This document shows positions 44,992 to 57,655 of a stretch of DNA of 64,000 nucleotides, in pieces. The position numbers and the translations under genes are program-made. Every line of letters starts with the position of its first letter. The stretch's first letter is position 1. Source of the DNA: Escherichia coli (GTDB lineage Bacteria; Pseudomonadota; Gammaproteobacteria; Enterobacterales; Enterobacteriaceae); NCBI RefSeq assembly GCF_050920415.1, contig NZ_CP169309.1, one strand, 5' to 3'. The notes below the pieces were generated by a model. The model was not told the DNA's origin. It saw nothing but the letters and a program-made list of their open reading frames with translations, and searched no databases.

Positions 44992-46814
44992 GCGCAATTT
45001 CCCTGATCAATAGCGGCGTGGCGTGGTTTGTTGCCGCCGCTGTTCTGGCATTTCTCTTTTCTTTTCAAAAGGCGTTAAGCGGCTGGATTGCCGGAATTGG
45101 CGGCGCGGTGGGTAGCCTGTATACGGCAGCCGCAGGCTTCACTGTGCTGACTGGCGCGGTTGGCGTGAGCGGCGCGTTGTCGCTGGTAAGCTACAATGTG
45201 CAAATCTCTCCGCTTAATGCGATTTGGCTGATAACCCTCGGCCTGTGCGGTCTGTTTGTCAGCCTCTACAACATTGACTGGCATCGCCATGCGCAGGTGA
45301 AGTGTAACGGCTTGCAGATCAATATGTTGATGGCTGCTGCCGTCTGTGCCGTCATTGCCAGCAATCTGGGCATGTTCGTAGTAATGGCAGAAATCATGGC
45401 CCTGTGTGCGGTGTTCCTCACCAGCAACAGCAAAGAGGGCAAACTGTGGTTTGTGCTGGGGCGTCTTGGCACTTTGCTGCTGGCGATTGCTTGCTGGCTG
45501 CTGTGGCAACGTTACGGCACGCTGGATCTGCGCCTGCTGGATATGCGCATGCAACAGCTGCCGCTTGGTTCCGATATCTGGCTGCTCGGTGTGATTGGTT
45601 TTGGCCTGCTGGCCGGGATTATCCCGCTGCACGGCTGGGTGCCGCAGGCACATGCTAACGCCTCTGCGCCAGCTGCGGCGCTGTTTTCCACGGTGGTGAT
45701 GAAAATTGGCCTGCTGGGTATTTTAACCCTGTCTCTGCTGGGCGGTAATGCGCCGCTGTGGTGGGGAATTGCACTTCTGGTACTCGGCATGATCACCGCG
45801 TTCGTCGGCGGTCTGTATGCGCTGATGGAGCACAACATTCAGCGTTTGCTGGCTTACCACACTCTGGAAAATATCGGCATCATCCTGCTGGGGCTGGGCG
45901 CTGGCGTAACGGGTATCGCGCTTGAACAACCGGCGCTGATTGCCCTTGGCCTGGTCGGTGGTCTGTACCATCTGCTTAACCATAGCCTGTTCAAGAGCGT
46001 ACTGTTCCTCGGGGCTGGGAGCGTCTGGTTCCGTACCGGTCATCGCGATATCGAAAAACTCGGCGGTATTGGCAAAAAAATGCCGGTTATCTCCATCGCC
46101 ATGTTGGTCGGTCTGATGGCAATGGCTGCGCTGCCACCGCTGAACGGTTTTGCCGGGGAATGGGTTATCTATCAATCCTTCTTCAAACTGAGCAATAGTG
46201 GCGCGTTTGTTGCTCGTCTTCTCGGGCCGCTGCTCGCCGTGGGGCTGGCAATTACCGGTGCGCTGGCAGTGATGTGTATGGCGAAAGTTTATGGCGTTAC
46301 TTTCCTTGGCGCGCCGCGTACCAAAGAAGCCGAAAACGCCACCTGTGCGCCGCTCCTGATGAGCGTAAGCGTAGTGGCACTGGCGATTTGCTGCGTGATT
46401 GGCGGTGTTGCTGCGCCGTGGCTGCTGCCGATGTTGTCTGCAGCCGTACCTCTGCCGCTGGAGCCTGCTAATACAACCGTTTCTCAACCAATGATCACGT
46501 TGCTGCTGATTGCCTGCCCACTTCTGCCATTCATCATTATGGCGATTTGCAAAGGCGACCGTCTGCCGTCGCGTTCCCGCGGCGCTGCCTGGGTATGTGG
46601 CTACGACCATGAAAAATCAATGGTGATTACCGCTCACGGTTTTGCCATGCCGGTGAAACAGGCATTTGCGCCAGTGCTGAAACTGCGCAAATGGCTGAAT
46701 CCGGTGTCGCTGGTACCAGGCTGGCAGTGCGAGGGGAGTGCGTTGCTGTTCCGCCGGATGGCGCTGGTTGAACTGGCGGTGCTGGTGGTGATTATTGTTT
46801 CACGAGGAGCCTGA
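44988..46814 (+). CDS. hycC: Formate hydrogenlyase subunit 3 (membrane, NuoL-like)
   Basis: 608-aa polytopic membrane ORF. Confidence 0.94.
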   Translation: MSAISLINSGVAWFVAAAVLAFLFSFQKALSGWIAGIGGAVGSLYTAAAGFTVLTGAVGVSGALSLVSYNVQISPLNAIWLITLGLCGLFVSLYNIDWHRHAQVKCNGLQINMLMAAAVCAVIASNLGMFVVMAEIMALCAVFLTSNSKEGKLWFVLGRLGTLLLAIACWLLWQRYGTLDLRLLDMRMQQLPLGSDIWLLGVIGFGLLAGIIPLHGWVPQAHANASAPAAALFSTVVMKIGLLGILTLSLLGGNAPLWWGIALLVLGMITAFVGGLYALMEHNIQRLLAYHTLENIGIILLGLGAGVTGIALEQPALIALGLVGGLYHLLNHSLFKSVLFLGAGSVWFRTGHRDIEKLGGIGKKMPVISIAMLVGLMAMAALPPLNGFAGEWVIYQSFFKLSNSGAFVARLLGPLLAVGLAITGALAVMCMAKVYGVTFLGAPRTKEAENATCAPLLMSVSVVALAICCVIGGVAAPWLLPMLSAAVPLPLEPANTTVSQPMITLLLIACPLLPFIIMAICKGDRLPSRSRGAAWVCGYDHEKSMVITAHGFAMPVKQAFAPVLKLRKWLNPVSLVPGWQCEGSALLFRRMALVELAVLVVIIVSRGA

Positions 46815-46816
46815 GA

Positions 46817-47740
46817 ATGAGTGTTTTATATCCGTTAATTCAGGCGCTGGTGTTATTTGCCGTTGCGCCGCTGCTCTCCGGTATTACCCGCGTGGCGCGC
46901 GCCCGCTTGCATAACCGTCGCGGGCCGGGCGTGTTGCAGGAGTATCGCGACATTATCAAACTGCTGGGTCGTCAGAGCGTTGGTCCCGATGCCTCCGGCT
47001 GGGTGTTCCGCCTGACACCGTACGTAATGGTTGGCGTCATGTTGACTATCGCTACCGCGCTGCCGGTAGTGACTGTCGGTTCTCCGCTGCCGCAACTGGG
47101 GGATTTGATCACTTTACTGTATCTCTTCGCCATTGCGCGTTTCTTCTTTGCCATTTCTGGTCTGGATACCGGTAGTCCGTTTACTGCTATTGGCGCGAGC
47201 CGTGAAGCGATGCTTGGCGTGCTGGTCGAACCGATGTTGCTGCTTGGTCTGTGGGTCGCCGCGCAGGTGGCCGGTTCCACCAACATCAGCAACATCACCG
47301 ACACCGTTTATCACTGGCCGCTGAGTCAGAGCATCCCGCTGGCGCTGGCGCTTTGTGCCTGTGCGTTCGCCACCTTTATCGAAATGGGCAAACTGCCGTT
47401 CGACCTGGCGGAAGCCGAGCAGGAGCTGCAGGAAGGTCCGCTCTCTGAGTACAGCGGCAGCGGCTTTGGTGTCATGAAATGGGGTATCAGCCTGAAACAG
47501 CTGGTGGTGTTACAGATGTTCGTCGGGGTGTTTATTCCGTGGGGACAAATGGAAACCTTCACTGCCGGTGGGCTGCTGCTGGCGCTGGTGATTGCCATCG
47601 TCAAACTGGTGGTCGGCGTACTGGTTATCGCGCTGTTCGAAAACAGCATGGCCCGTCTGCGTCTTGATATTACACCACGCATTACCTGGGCTGGTTTTGG
47701 CTTTGCATTTTTAGCGTTCGTCTCCTTGCTGGCGGCGTGA
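46817..47740 (+). CDS. hycD: Formate hydrogenlyase subunit 4 (membrane, NuoH-like)
   Basis: 307-aa membrane ORF. Confidence 0.94.
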   Translation: MSVLYPLIQALVLFAVAPLLSGITRVARARLHNRRGPGVLQEYRDIIKLLGRQSVGPDASGWVFRLTPYVMVGVMLTIATALPVVTVGSPLPQLGDLITLLYLFAIARFFFAISGLDTGSPFTAIGASREAMLGVLVEPMLLLGLWVAAQVAGSTNISNITDTVYHWPLSQSIPLALALCACAFATFIEMGKLPFDLAEAEQELQEGPLSEYSGSGFGVMKWGISLKQLVVLQMFVGVFIPWGQMETFTAGGLLLALVIAIVKLVVGVLVIALFENSMARLRLDITPRITWAGFGFAFLAFVSLLAA

Positions 47741-47757
47741 TTAAAGAGAGTTTGAGC

Positions 47758-49467
47758 ATGTCTGAAGAAAAATTAGGTCAACATTATCTCGCCGCGCTGA
47801 ATGAGGCATTTCCGGGCGTCGTGCTGGACCACGCCTGGCAGACCAAAGATCAGCTGACTGTCACCGTAAAGGTGAACTATCTGCCGGAAGTGGTGGAGTT
47901 CCTCTACTACAAGCAGGGGGGCTGGCTGTCGGTGCTGTTTGGTAACGACGAACGCAAACTGAATGGTCATTACGCCGTTTATTACGTGCTGTCGATGGAG
48001 AAGGGCACCAAGTGTTGGATTACGGTTCGCGTCGAAGTTGACGCCAACAAACCAGAATATCCGTCCGTGACGCCGCGCGTTCCGGCGGCGGTGTGGGGCG
48101 AGCGTGAAGTGCGCGATATGTACGGTTTGATTCCGGTAGGGCTTCCGGATGAACGCCGTCTGGTGCTGCCGGATGACTGGCCGGATGAACTCTACCCGCT
48201 GCGTAAAGACAGCATGGATTATCGTCAACGTCCGGCACCAACTACTGATGCTGAAACCTACGAGTTCATCAACGAACTGGGCGACAAGAAAAACAACGTC
48301 GTGCCGATTGGTCCACTGCACGTCACTTCTGACGAACCGGGCCACTTCCGTCTGTTCGTTGATGGCGAAAACATTATCGACGCCGACTACCGCCTGTTCT
48401 ACGTCCATCGCGGCATGGAAAAACTGGCGGAAACCCGCATGGGTTACAACGAAGTGACCTTCCTCTCTGACCGAGTTTGTGGGATCTGCGGCTTTGCCCA
48501 CAGCACCGCTTACACCACATCGGTGGAAAACGCGATGGGTATTCAGGTGCCAGAACGTGCGCAGATGATTCGCGCCATTTTGCTGGAAGTGGAACGCCTG
48601 CACTCGCATCTGCTCAACCTTGGACTTGCCTGCCACTTCACTGGCTTTGACTCCGGTTTTATGCAGTTCTTCCGCGTGCGTGAAACCTCCATGAAAATGG
48701 CGGAGATCCTTACCGGTGCGCGTAAAACTTACGGTCTGAACCTGATCGGCGGGATTCGTCGCGATCTGCTGAAAGATGACATGATCCAGACCCGTCAACT
48801 GGCGCAGCAGATGCGTCGTGAAGTGCAGGAGCTGGTGGATGTGCTGCTGAGCACACCGAACATGGAACAGCGCACTGTCGGCATTGGTCGTCTGGACCCG
48901 GAAATTGCCCGCGACTTCAGTAACGTCGGCCCGATGGTCCGCGCCAGCGGTCACGCTCGCGATACCCGCGCTGATCACCCGTTTGTTGGTTATGGCCTGC
49001 TGCCAATGGAAGTCCACAGCGAGCAGGGCTGCGACGTGATTTCCCGTCTGAAAGTGCGTATCAACGAAGTCTATACCGCGCTGAACATGATTGACTACGG
49101 TCTGGATAACCTGCCGGGCGGCCCGCTGATGGTGGAAGGCTTTACCTACATTCCGCACCGTTTTGCGCTGGGCTTTGCCGAAGCGCCGCGTGGCGATGAT
49201 ATCCACTGGAGCATGACCGGCGACAACCAGAAGCTGTACCGCTGGCGCTGCCGTGCCGCGACCTACGCGAACTGGCCGACCCTGCGCTACATGCTGCGCG
49301 GCAACACCGTTTCTGATGCGCCGCTGATTATCGGTAGCCTGGACCCTTGCTACTCCTGTACTGACCGCATGACCGTGGTCGATGTACGTAAGAAGAAGAG
49401 CAAAGTGGTGCCGTACAAAGAACTTGAGCGCTACAGCATTGAGCGTAAAAACTCGCCGCTGAAATAA
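47758..49467 (+). CDS. hycE: Hydrogenase 3 large subunit ([NiFe] catalytic subunit)
   Basis: 569 aa from the ATG at 47758; N-terminal RxCGxC and C-terminal DPCxxC Ni-Fe ligand motifs. Confidence 0.95.
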   Translation: MSEEKLGQHYLAALNEAFPGVVLDHAWQTKDQLTVTVKVNYLPEVVEFLYYKQGGWLSVLFGNDERKLNGHYAVYYVLSMEKGTKCWITVRVEVDANKPEYPSVTPRVPAAVWGEREVRDMYGLIPVGLPDERRLVLPDDWPDELYPLRKDSMDYRQRPAPTTDAETYEFINELGDKKNNVVPIGPLHVTSDEPGHFRLFVDGENIIDADYRLFYVHRGMEKLAETRMGYNEVTFLSDRVCGICGFAHSTAYTTSVENAMGIQVPERAQMIRAILLEVERLHSHLLNLGLACHFTGFDSGFMQFFRVRETSMKMAEILTGARKTYGLNLIGGIRRDLLKDDMIQTRQLAQQMRREVQELVDVLLSTPNMEQRTVGIGRLDPEIARDFSNVGPMVRASGHARDTRADHPFVGYGLLPMEVHSEQGCDVISRLKVRINEVYTALNMIDYGLDNLPGGPLMVEGFTYIPHRFALGFAEAPRGDDIHWSMTGDNQKLYRWRCRAATYANWPTLRYMLRGNTVSDAPLIIGSLDPCYSCTDRMTVVDVRKKKSKVVPYKELERYSIERKNSPLK

Positions 49468-49476
49468 GGAATCGCC

Positions 49477-50019
49477 ATGTTTACCTTTATCAAAAAAGTC
49501 ATCAAAACCGGCACGGCGACCTCGTCTTACCCGCTGGAGCCGATTGCGGTTGATAAAAACTTCCGTGGTAAGCCAGAGCAGAACCCGCAGCAGTGCATCG
49601 GCTGCGCAGCCTGCGTCAATGCCTGCCCGTCAAACGCCTTAACCGTTGAAACTGATCTCGCCACCGGTGAGCTGGCATGGCAGTTCAATCTCGGTCGCTG
49701 CATCTTCTGTGGACGCTGCGAAGAAGTCTGCCCGACGGCGGCGATCAAACTGTCGCAAGAGTACGAACTGGCGGTGTGGAAGAAAGAAGATTTCCTGCAA
49801 CAGTCTCGCTTCGCGCTGTGCAACTGCCGCGTCTGCAATCGTCCTTTCGCCGTCCAGAAAGAGATCGACTACGCCATTGCGCTGCTTAAGCACAATGGTG
49901 ACAACCGTGCGGAAAACCACCGCGAAAGCTTTGAGACTTGCCCGGAATGTAAGCGCCAGAAATGCCTGGTGCCGTCTGACCGTATTGAACTGACTCGCCA
50001 TATGAAAGAGGCCATCTGA
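49477..50019 (+). CDS. hycF: Formate hydrogenlyase subunit 6 (Fe-S, NuoI-like)
   Basis: 180-aa ORF with two 4Fe-4S ferredoxin motifs. Confidence 0.94.
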   Translation: MFTFIKKVIKTGTATSSYPLEPIAVDKNFRGKPEQNPQQCIGCAACVNACPSNALTVETDLATGELAWQFNLGRCIFCGRCEEVCPTAAIKLSQEYELAVWKKEDFLQQSRFALCNCRVCNRPFAVQKEIDYAIALLKHNGDNRAENHRESFETCPECKRQKCLVPSDRIELTRHMKEAI

Positions 50020-50786
50020 TGAGCAATTTATTAGGCCCCCGTGACGCCAACGGCATTCCGGTCCCGATGACGGTGGATGAATCCATCGCCAGTATGAAGG
50101 CGTCGTTACTGAAAAAAATCAAACGTTCTGCCTACGTTTACCGCGTGGACTGCGGCGGCTGCAACGGCTGCGAAATTGAAATTTTCGCTACCTTATCGCC
50201 GCTGTTCGATGCAGAACGCTTCGGCATTAAAGTTGTGCCGTCTCCGCGTCATGCGGATATTTTACTGTTTACCGGCGCGGTCACCCGTGCAATGCGATCC
50301 CCTGCGCTGCGTGCGTGGCAGTCTGCGCCGGACCCGAAAATCTGTATCTCCTACGGCGCCTGCGGTAACAGCGGCGGGATCTTCCACGATCTCTACTGCG
50401 TGTGGGGGGGTACGGATAAAATCGTCCCGGTGGATGTCTACATTCCGGGGTGCCCGCCAACGCCTGCCGCCACGCTGTACGGCTTTGCAATGGCGCTCGG
50501 CCTGCTGGAGCAGAAAATTCACGCCCGTGGGCCGGGTGAACTGGATGAACAACCGGCAGAGATCCTGCATGGCGATATGGTGCAGCCGCTGCGTGTAAAA
50601 GTAGATCGCGAAGCACGCCGCCTGGCGGGTTATCGTTACGGTCGCCAGATTGCCGATGATTTCCTGACGCAGTTAGGGCAGGGTGAAGAGCAGGTTGCAC
50701 GCTGGCTGGAAGCGGAAAACGATCCGCGTCTGAACGAGATTGTCAGCCATCTGAATCATGTTGTTGAAGAGGCGCGTATTCGATGA
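50019..50786 (+). CDS. hycG: Hydrogenase 3 small subunit (NuoB-like)
   Basis: 255-aa ORF with Cys motifs (CGGCNGC, GCPP). Confidence 0.94.
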   Translation: MSNLLGPRDANGIPVPMTVDESIASMKASLLKKIKRSAYVYRVDCGGCNGCEIEIFATLSPLFDAERFGIKVVPSPRHADILLFTGAVTRAMRSPALRAWQSAPDPKICISYGACGNSGGIFHDLYCVWGGTDKIVPVDVYIPGCPPTPAATLYGFAMALGLLEQKIHARGPGELDEQPAEILHGDMVQPLRVKVDREARRLAGYRYGRQIADDFLTQLGQGEEQVARWLEAENDPRLNEIVSHLNHVVEEARIR

Positions 50787-51193
50787 GTGAAAAGGTGGTG
50801 TTCAGTCAACTGAGCCGTAAATTTATTGATGAGAACGATGCTACGCCCGCCGAGGCGCAGCAGGTGGTCTATTATAGCCTGGCGATTGGTCACCACCTTG
50901 GGGTTATCGATTGCCTGGAAGCCGCGCTCACCTGCCCGTGGGATGAATATCTGGCATGGATTGCCACTCTGGAGGCGGGCAGTGAAGCCCGCCGTAAAAT
51001 GGAAGGCGTGCCGAAATATGGTGAGATCGTTATCGACATTAACCATGTGCCGATGCTGGCCAACGCATTCGATAAAGCCCGGGCAACGCAAACTTCGCAA
51101 CAGAAAGAATGGAGTACCATGCTGTTAAGTATGCTGCATGATATTTATCAGGAAAATGCCATCTATTTGATGGTGAGGAGACTGCGTGACTGA
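50783..51193 (+). CDS. hycH: Formate hydrogenlyase maturation protein HycH
   Basis: 136-aa ORF; 4-nt overlap with hycG. Confidence 0.92.
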   Translation: MSEKVVFSQLSRKFIDENDATPAEAQQVVYYSLAIGHHLGVIDCLEAALTCPWDEYLAWIATLEAGSEARRKMEGVPKYGEIVIDINHVPMLANAFDKARATQTSQQKEWSTMLLSMLHDIYQENAIYLMVRRLRD

Positions 51194-51656
51194 CGTTTTA
51201 CTCTGTGTTGGCAATAGCATGATGGGCGATGATGGCGCAGGTCCGCTGCTGGCGGAAAAGTGCGCCGCCGCGCCGAAAGGTAACTGGGTGGTGATTGACG
51301 GCGGAAGCGCACCGGAAAACGACATTGTCGCCATCCGCGAACTGCGCCCGACACGACTGCTGATTGTCGACGCCACGGATATGGGGCTAAACCCCGGCGA
51401 GATCCGCATCATCGATCCGGATGACATCGCCGAGATGTTTATGATGACTACCCATAACATGCCGCTGAACTACCTTATCGACCAGTTGAAAGAAGATATT
51501 GGTGAAGTGATTTTCCTCGGTATCCAGCCGGATATCGTCGGTTTTTACTACCCGATGACCCAGCCGATTAAAGACGCCGTAGAAACCGTTTATCAACGTC
51601 TGGAAGGCTGGGAAGGGAATGGTGGATTTGCGCAGTTAGCGGTGGAAGAAGAGTAG
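51186..51656 (+). CDS. hycI: Hydrogenase 3 maturation endopeptidase HycI
   Basis: 156-aa ORF ([20 protein letters not shown]), HybD/HycI protease family. Confidence 0.94.
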   Translation: MTDVLLCVGNSMMGDDGAGPLLAEKCAAAPKGNWVVIDGGSAPENDIVAIRELRPTRLLIVDATDMGLNPGEIRIIDPDDIAEMFMMTTHNMPLNYLIDQLKEDIGEVIFLGIQPDIVGFYYPMTQPIKDAVETVYQRLEGWEGNGGFAQLAVEEE

Positions 51657-51823
51657 TTCGTAGACAAACATATTCACGTTTTTGAATTTGGACGTGCTAT
51701 TGTGACGGTTAGACGGGTGTTTACATATTGTGAACACTCGTGTGATCAACTACTATAGAAAAATAAAACCGAAGGAACGGGTAGTCCAGGCTTAGTCATT
51801 CAGGCGCTGATAAGGAAGTTAAA

Positions 51824-52135
51824 ATGCACATCATTTCTAAAGCGCCATTTGAAGAGTCTGCGCGTAAATATCCTAACGACGCTCTGGCTCTACACTCATT
51901 GTATCGGGTTATTAAGGAAACGGATTTTTCTACGCCAGAAGAAATGCGAACGGCGTTTCCCAACCTCGACAATTTTAAATATCGCAATAAATGGTACGTT
52001 CTGGATGTAGGCGGGAACAATCTTAGGGTTATTGCCTACATAAACTTTGTTAATAAGCGGTTCTTTGTGAAGCACATAACGAATCATGCCGAGTATGACA
52101 AACTGACACGTTACTACAGAGAGAACAAAGAATGA
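51824..52135 (+). CDS. HigB-like type II toxin (RelE/ParE superfamily mRNA interferase)
   Basis: 103-aa ORF (MHIISKAPFEE...FPNLDNFKYRNKWYVLDVGGNNLRVIAY...) with HigB-family architecture; Shine-Dalgarno aggaag upstream; 4-nt overlap (ATGA) with the downstream antitoxin gene; AT-richer than the flanking hyc genes. Confidence 0.75.
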   Translation: MHIISKAPFEESARKYPNDALALHSLYRVIKETDFSTPEEMRTAFPNLDNFKYRNKWYVLDVGGNNLRVIAYINFVNKRFFVKHITNHAEYDKLTRYYRENKE

Positions 52136-52551
52136 CTGCTAATGCTGCACGCGCTGTTAAAGCAACAAGAGAACTGGTCAATGCAGTCCCCTTTCTGGGA
52201 GGCAGTGACTCAGAAGATGATTATCGTGAAGCACTGGAACTGGTCGAATATTTGATTGAAGAAGATGACACCAATCCACTTATCGACTTTCTGGCGAGCC
52301 GTATTGCAGAATATGAAAACAACCACGAAAAGTTTGCAGAGTTCGATAAAGCCGTTGCAGCAATGCCGATTGGCGTGGCGTTACTTCGCACGCTGATTGA
52401 TCAACATAATCTGACCTATGCGGATTTGAAGAACGAAATCGGCTCTAAATCCCTGGTCAGTCAGATTTTGTCTGGACAAAGATCCCTGACGATATCCCAC
52501 ATTAAGGCACTTTCAGCCCGATTTGGCGTTAAGCCGGAATGGTTTCTTTGA
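52132..52551 (+). CDS. HigA-like antitoxin (XRE-family HTH)
   Basis: 139-aa ORF whose C-terminal HTH (GSKSLVSQILSGQRSLTISHIKALSARFGV) and N-terminal region resemble HigA; toxin-first gene order typical of higBA. Confidence 0.75.
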   Translation: MTANAARAVKATRELVNAVPFLGGSDSEDDYREALELVEYLIEEDDTNPLIDFLASRIAEYENNHEKFAEFDKAVAAMPIGVALLRTLIDQHNLTYADLKNEIGSKSLVSQILSGQRSLTISHIKALSARFGVKPEWFL

Positions 52552-52574
52552 TTTTTGACAGATGCCAAACGCCA

Positions 52575-52660
52575 GATTGCCCGATGTGCTGCGCTTATCG
52601 GGCCTACATGTCGCACGAACTATGTAGGCCGGATAAGGCGTTCACGCCGCATCCGGCACG
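52575..52660. repeat. REP/BIME palindromic units between the higA-like gene and ascB
   Basis: gcccgatgtgctgcgcttatcgggcctaca and tgtaggccggataaggcgttcacgccgcatccggca GC-rich imperfect palindromes. Confidence 0.6.
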
Positions 52661-52665
52661 TTTGC

Positions 52666-55556
<2,891 letters not shown>

Positions 55557-55815
55557 CGGATTTTATCCTGTTATCAGTAGGGTAGAGGTAGTTGTTATCA
55601 GTCGACGTGACGGGAAATTGCCGATGCTGAAACGGAATTAAGAAACCGGTTTCACAAAATCATGAATAGTTGATACTGATTAAGCAAGAGAGTTAATTGC
55701 TCATTTTTTATATTTGTGAAACCGGTCACCTGAATATTTTTCCCGCTGCTTGCGCAAGGACAATCAGCCAACGGTGCAGTACACTGCGTTGATTGCGTGT
55801 AAAGGGATGAAAATG

Positions 55816-56826
55816 ATGACGACGATGCTGGAAGTGGCGAAGCGCGCCGGGGTTTCAAAAGCGACCGTTTCCCGCGTGCTTTCAGGTAATGGCTACGTCA
55901 GCCAGGAGACTAAAGATCGCGTGTTTCAGGCGGTGGAAGAGAGCGGCTACCGCCCAAATTTGCTGGCGCGCAATCTGTCAGCGAAGAGTACCCAGACGCT
56001 AGGGCTGGTAGTGACCAACACGCTTTACCACGGCATTTATTTTAGTGAATTACTGTTTCATACCGCGAGAATGGCGGAAGAGAAAGGGCGTCAGCTGCTA
56101 TTGGCAGATGGCAAACATAGCGCCGAAGAAGAACGCCAGGCGATTCAGTATCTACTGGATCTGCGCTGCGACGCCATTATGATTTACCCGCGCTTTTTAA
56201 GCGTAGATGAGATTGATGACATCATTGACGCACACAATCAGCCGATAATGGTGCTCAATCGCCGCCTGCGCAAAAACAGCAGCCATAGTGTCTGGTGCGA
56301 TCATAAACAGACCAGCTTTAACGCCGTGGCAGAGTTGATAAACGCCGGACATCAGGAGATTGCTTTCCTTACCGGTTCGATGGATTCCCCCACCAGCATT
56401 GAACGCCTTGCCGGATATAAAGACGCGCTGGCGCAGCATGGTATTGCACTCAATGAAAAACTTATCGCTAACGGTAAATGGACGCCTGCCAGCGGGGCCG
56501 AAGGGGTAGAAACGTTGCTCGAACGTGGGGCTAAATTTAGCGCGTTAGTTGCCAGTAACGACGATATGGCGATAGGTGCGATGAAAGCGTTGCATGACCG
56601 TGGTGTAGCGGTGCCGGGGCAAGTGTCGGTTATTGGATTTGATGATATCGCAATTGCCCCCTACACCGTTCCGGCGCTCTCCAGCGTAAAAATTCCGGTG
56701 ACTGAGATGATTCAGGAAATAATTGGGCGGCTGATATTTATGCTCGATGGTGGTGCTTACTCACCGCCGAAAACCTTCAGCGGAAAACTAATCCGCCGCG
56801 ACTCACTCATTGCTCTTTCGCGATAA
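55816..56826 (+). CDS. ascG: LacI-family repressor of the asc operon
   Basis: 336 aa from the ATG at 55816 (MTTMLEVAKRAGVSKATVSRVLSG); LacI HTH plus periplasmic-binding-like domain; divergent from ascFB; intact. Confidence 0.92.
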   Translation: MTTMLEVAKRAGVSKATVSRVLSGNGYVSQETKDRVFQAVEESGYRPNLLARNLSAKSTQTLGLVVTNTLYHGIYFSELLFHTARMAEEKGRQLLLADGKHSAEEERQAIQYLLDLRCDAIMIYPRFLSVDEIDDIIDAHNQPIMVLNRRLRKNSSHSVWCDHKQTSFNAVAELINAGHQEIAFLTGSMDSPTSIERLAGYKDALAQHGIALNEKLIANGKWTPASGAEGVETLLERGAKFSALVASNDDMAIGAMKALHDRGVAVPGQVSVIGFDDIAIAPYTVPALSSVKIPVTEMIQEIIGRLIFMLDGGAYSPPKTFSGKLIRRDSLIALSR

Positions 56827-56839
56827 ACATTGTCATCAC

Positions 56840-56876
56840 ATGTCATCGTCACTAGTGTCGATGACATCGTTTTTTC
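56840..56876 (+). terminator. Rho-independent terminator of ascG (near-perfect 28-bp palindrome plus T-run)
   Basis: atgtcatcgtcactagtgtcgatgacat (2 mismatches from perfect dyad symmetry) followed by cgtttttt, 14 nt after the ascG stop. Confidence 0.6.
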
Positions 56877-56921
56877 TGCATTGCAGAATTTAATTTCTTT
56901 AAATAACAATGAATTAAAAAT

Positions 56922-56937
56922 TGGCATGATTTGTGAA
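56922..56937 (+). promoter_or_regulatory. Putative sigma-54-type promoter of hydN-hypF
   Basis: TGGCATgatttgtGA with a good -24 element but a weak -12; the preceding ~20 bp (aaataacaatgaattaaaaat) is nearly identical to the sequence just upstream of the hycA sigma-54 promoter. Confidence 0.35.
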
Positions 56938-56975
56938 TGTATCGGCAGCATTAACTGTCATTGCTGGAGAATTTG

Positions 56976-57503
56976 ATGAACCGTTTCATCATTGCTGACG
57001 CGAGTAAATGTATTGGTTGTCGTACCTGTGAAGTGGCGTGCGTGGTTTCTCATCAGGAGAATCAGGACTGTGCATCGCTGACCCCGGAAACTTTTTTACC
57101 GCGAATCCATGTCATTAAAGGTGTGAACATTTCCACGGCGACAGTCTGCCGTCAGTGTGAAGATGCACCGTGCGCTAACGTCTGCCCGAATGGTGCTATC
57201 AGCCGTGATAAAGGGTTTGTTCATGTCATGCAGGAACGTTGCATTGGTTGCAAAACCTGCGTTGTGGCTTGCCCGTATGGTGCGATGGAAGTGGTAGTGC
57301 GTCCGGTGATTCGCAACAGCGGCGCAGGGCTTAACGTACGCGCTGACAAAGCCGAAGCTAATAAATGCGACCTCTGTAACCATCGTGAAGACGGCCCGGC
57401 GTGTATGGCTGCTTGCCCGACCCATGCGCTGATTTGTGTCGATCGTAATAAACTTGAACAACTGAGCGCAGAAAAACGCCGCCGCACGGCGCTGATGTTC
57501 TAA
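56976..57503 (+). CDS. hydN: Electron transport protein HydN (4Fe-4S ferredoxin-type)
   Basis: 175 aa from the ATG at 56976 ([22 protein letters not shown]); multiple ferredoxin Cys motifs. Confidence 0.93.
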   Translation: MNRFIIADASKCIGCRTCEVACVVSHQENQDCASLTPETFLPRIHVIKGVNISTATVCRQCEDAPCANVCPNGAISRDKGFVHVMQERCIGCKTCVVACPYGAMEVVVRPVIRNSGAGLNVRADKAEANKCDLCNHREDGPACMAACPTHALICVDRNKLEQLSAEKRRRTALMF

Positions 57504-57655
57504 AAATCTTACAGAACTGTTCTGGCATCAAAGGAATTCCCGGAAATATTCGTAGAATACGGAGCGGGCGGTATCGCCAACCTGTGACTACCGGATGCGA
57601 CGCGGTCGTGTCCGGCTGGGCGGGTTACGCAATTCATGATGGCGGGAATAACTCA

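Noticed and set aside
47773-49206. 477-aa ORF on the minus strand inside hycE
   Set aside because: Antisense to the hydrogenase 3 large subunit, with arginine/valine/histidine-rich low-complexity composition typical of spurious antisense frames.
55557-55815. Possible insertion sequence or disruption in the asc locus (the asc operon is cryptic in K-12)
   Set aside because: ascG, ascF and ascB are all full-length and no IS-like terminal inverted repeats or transposase ORF are present; there is no sequence evidence of a mobile element here.
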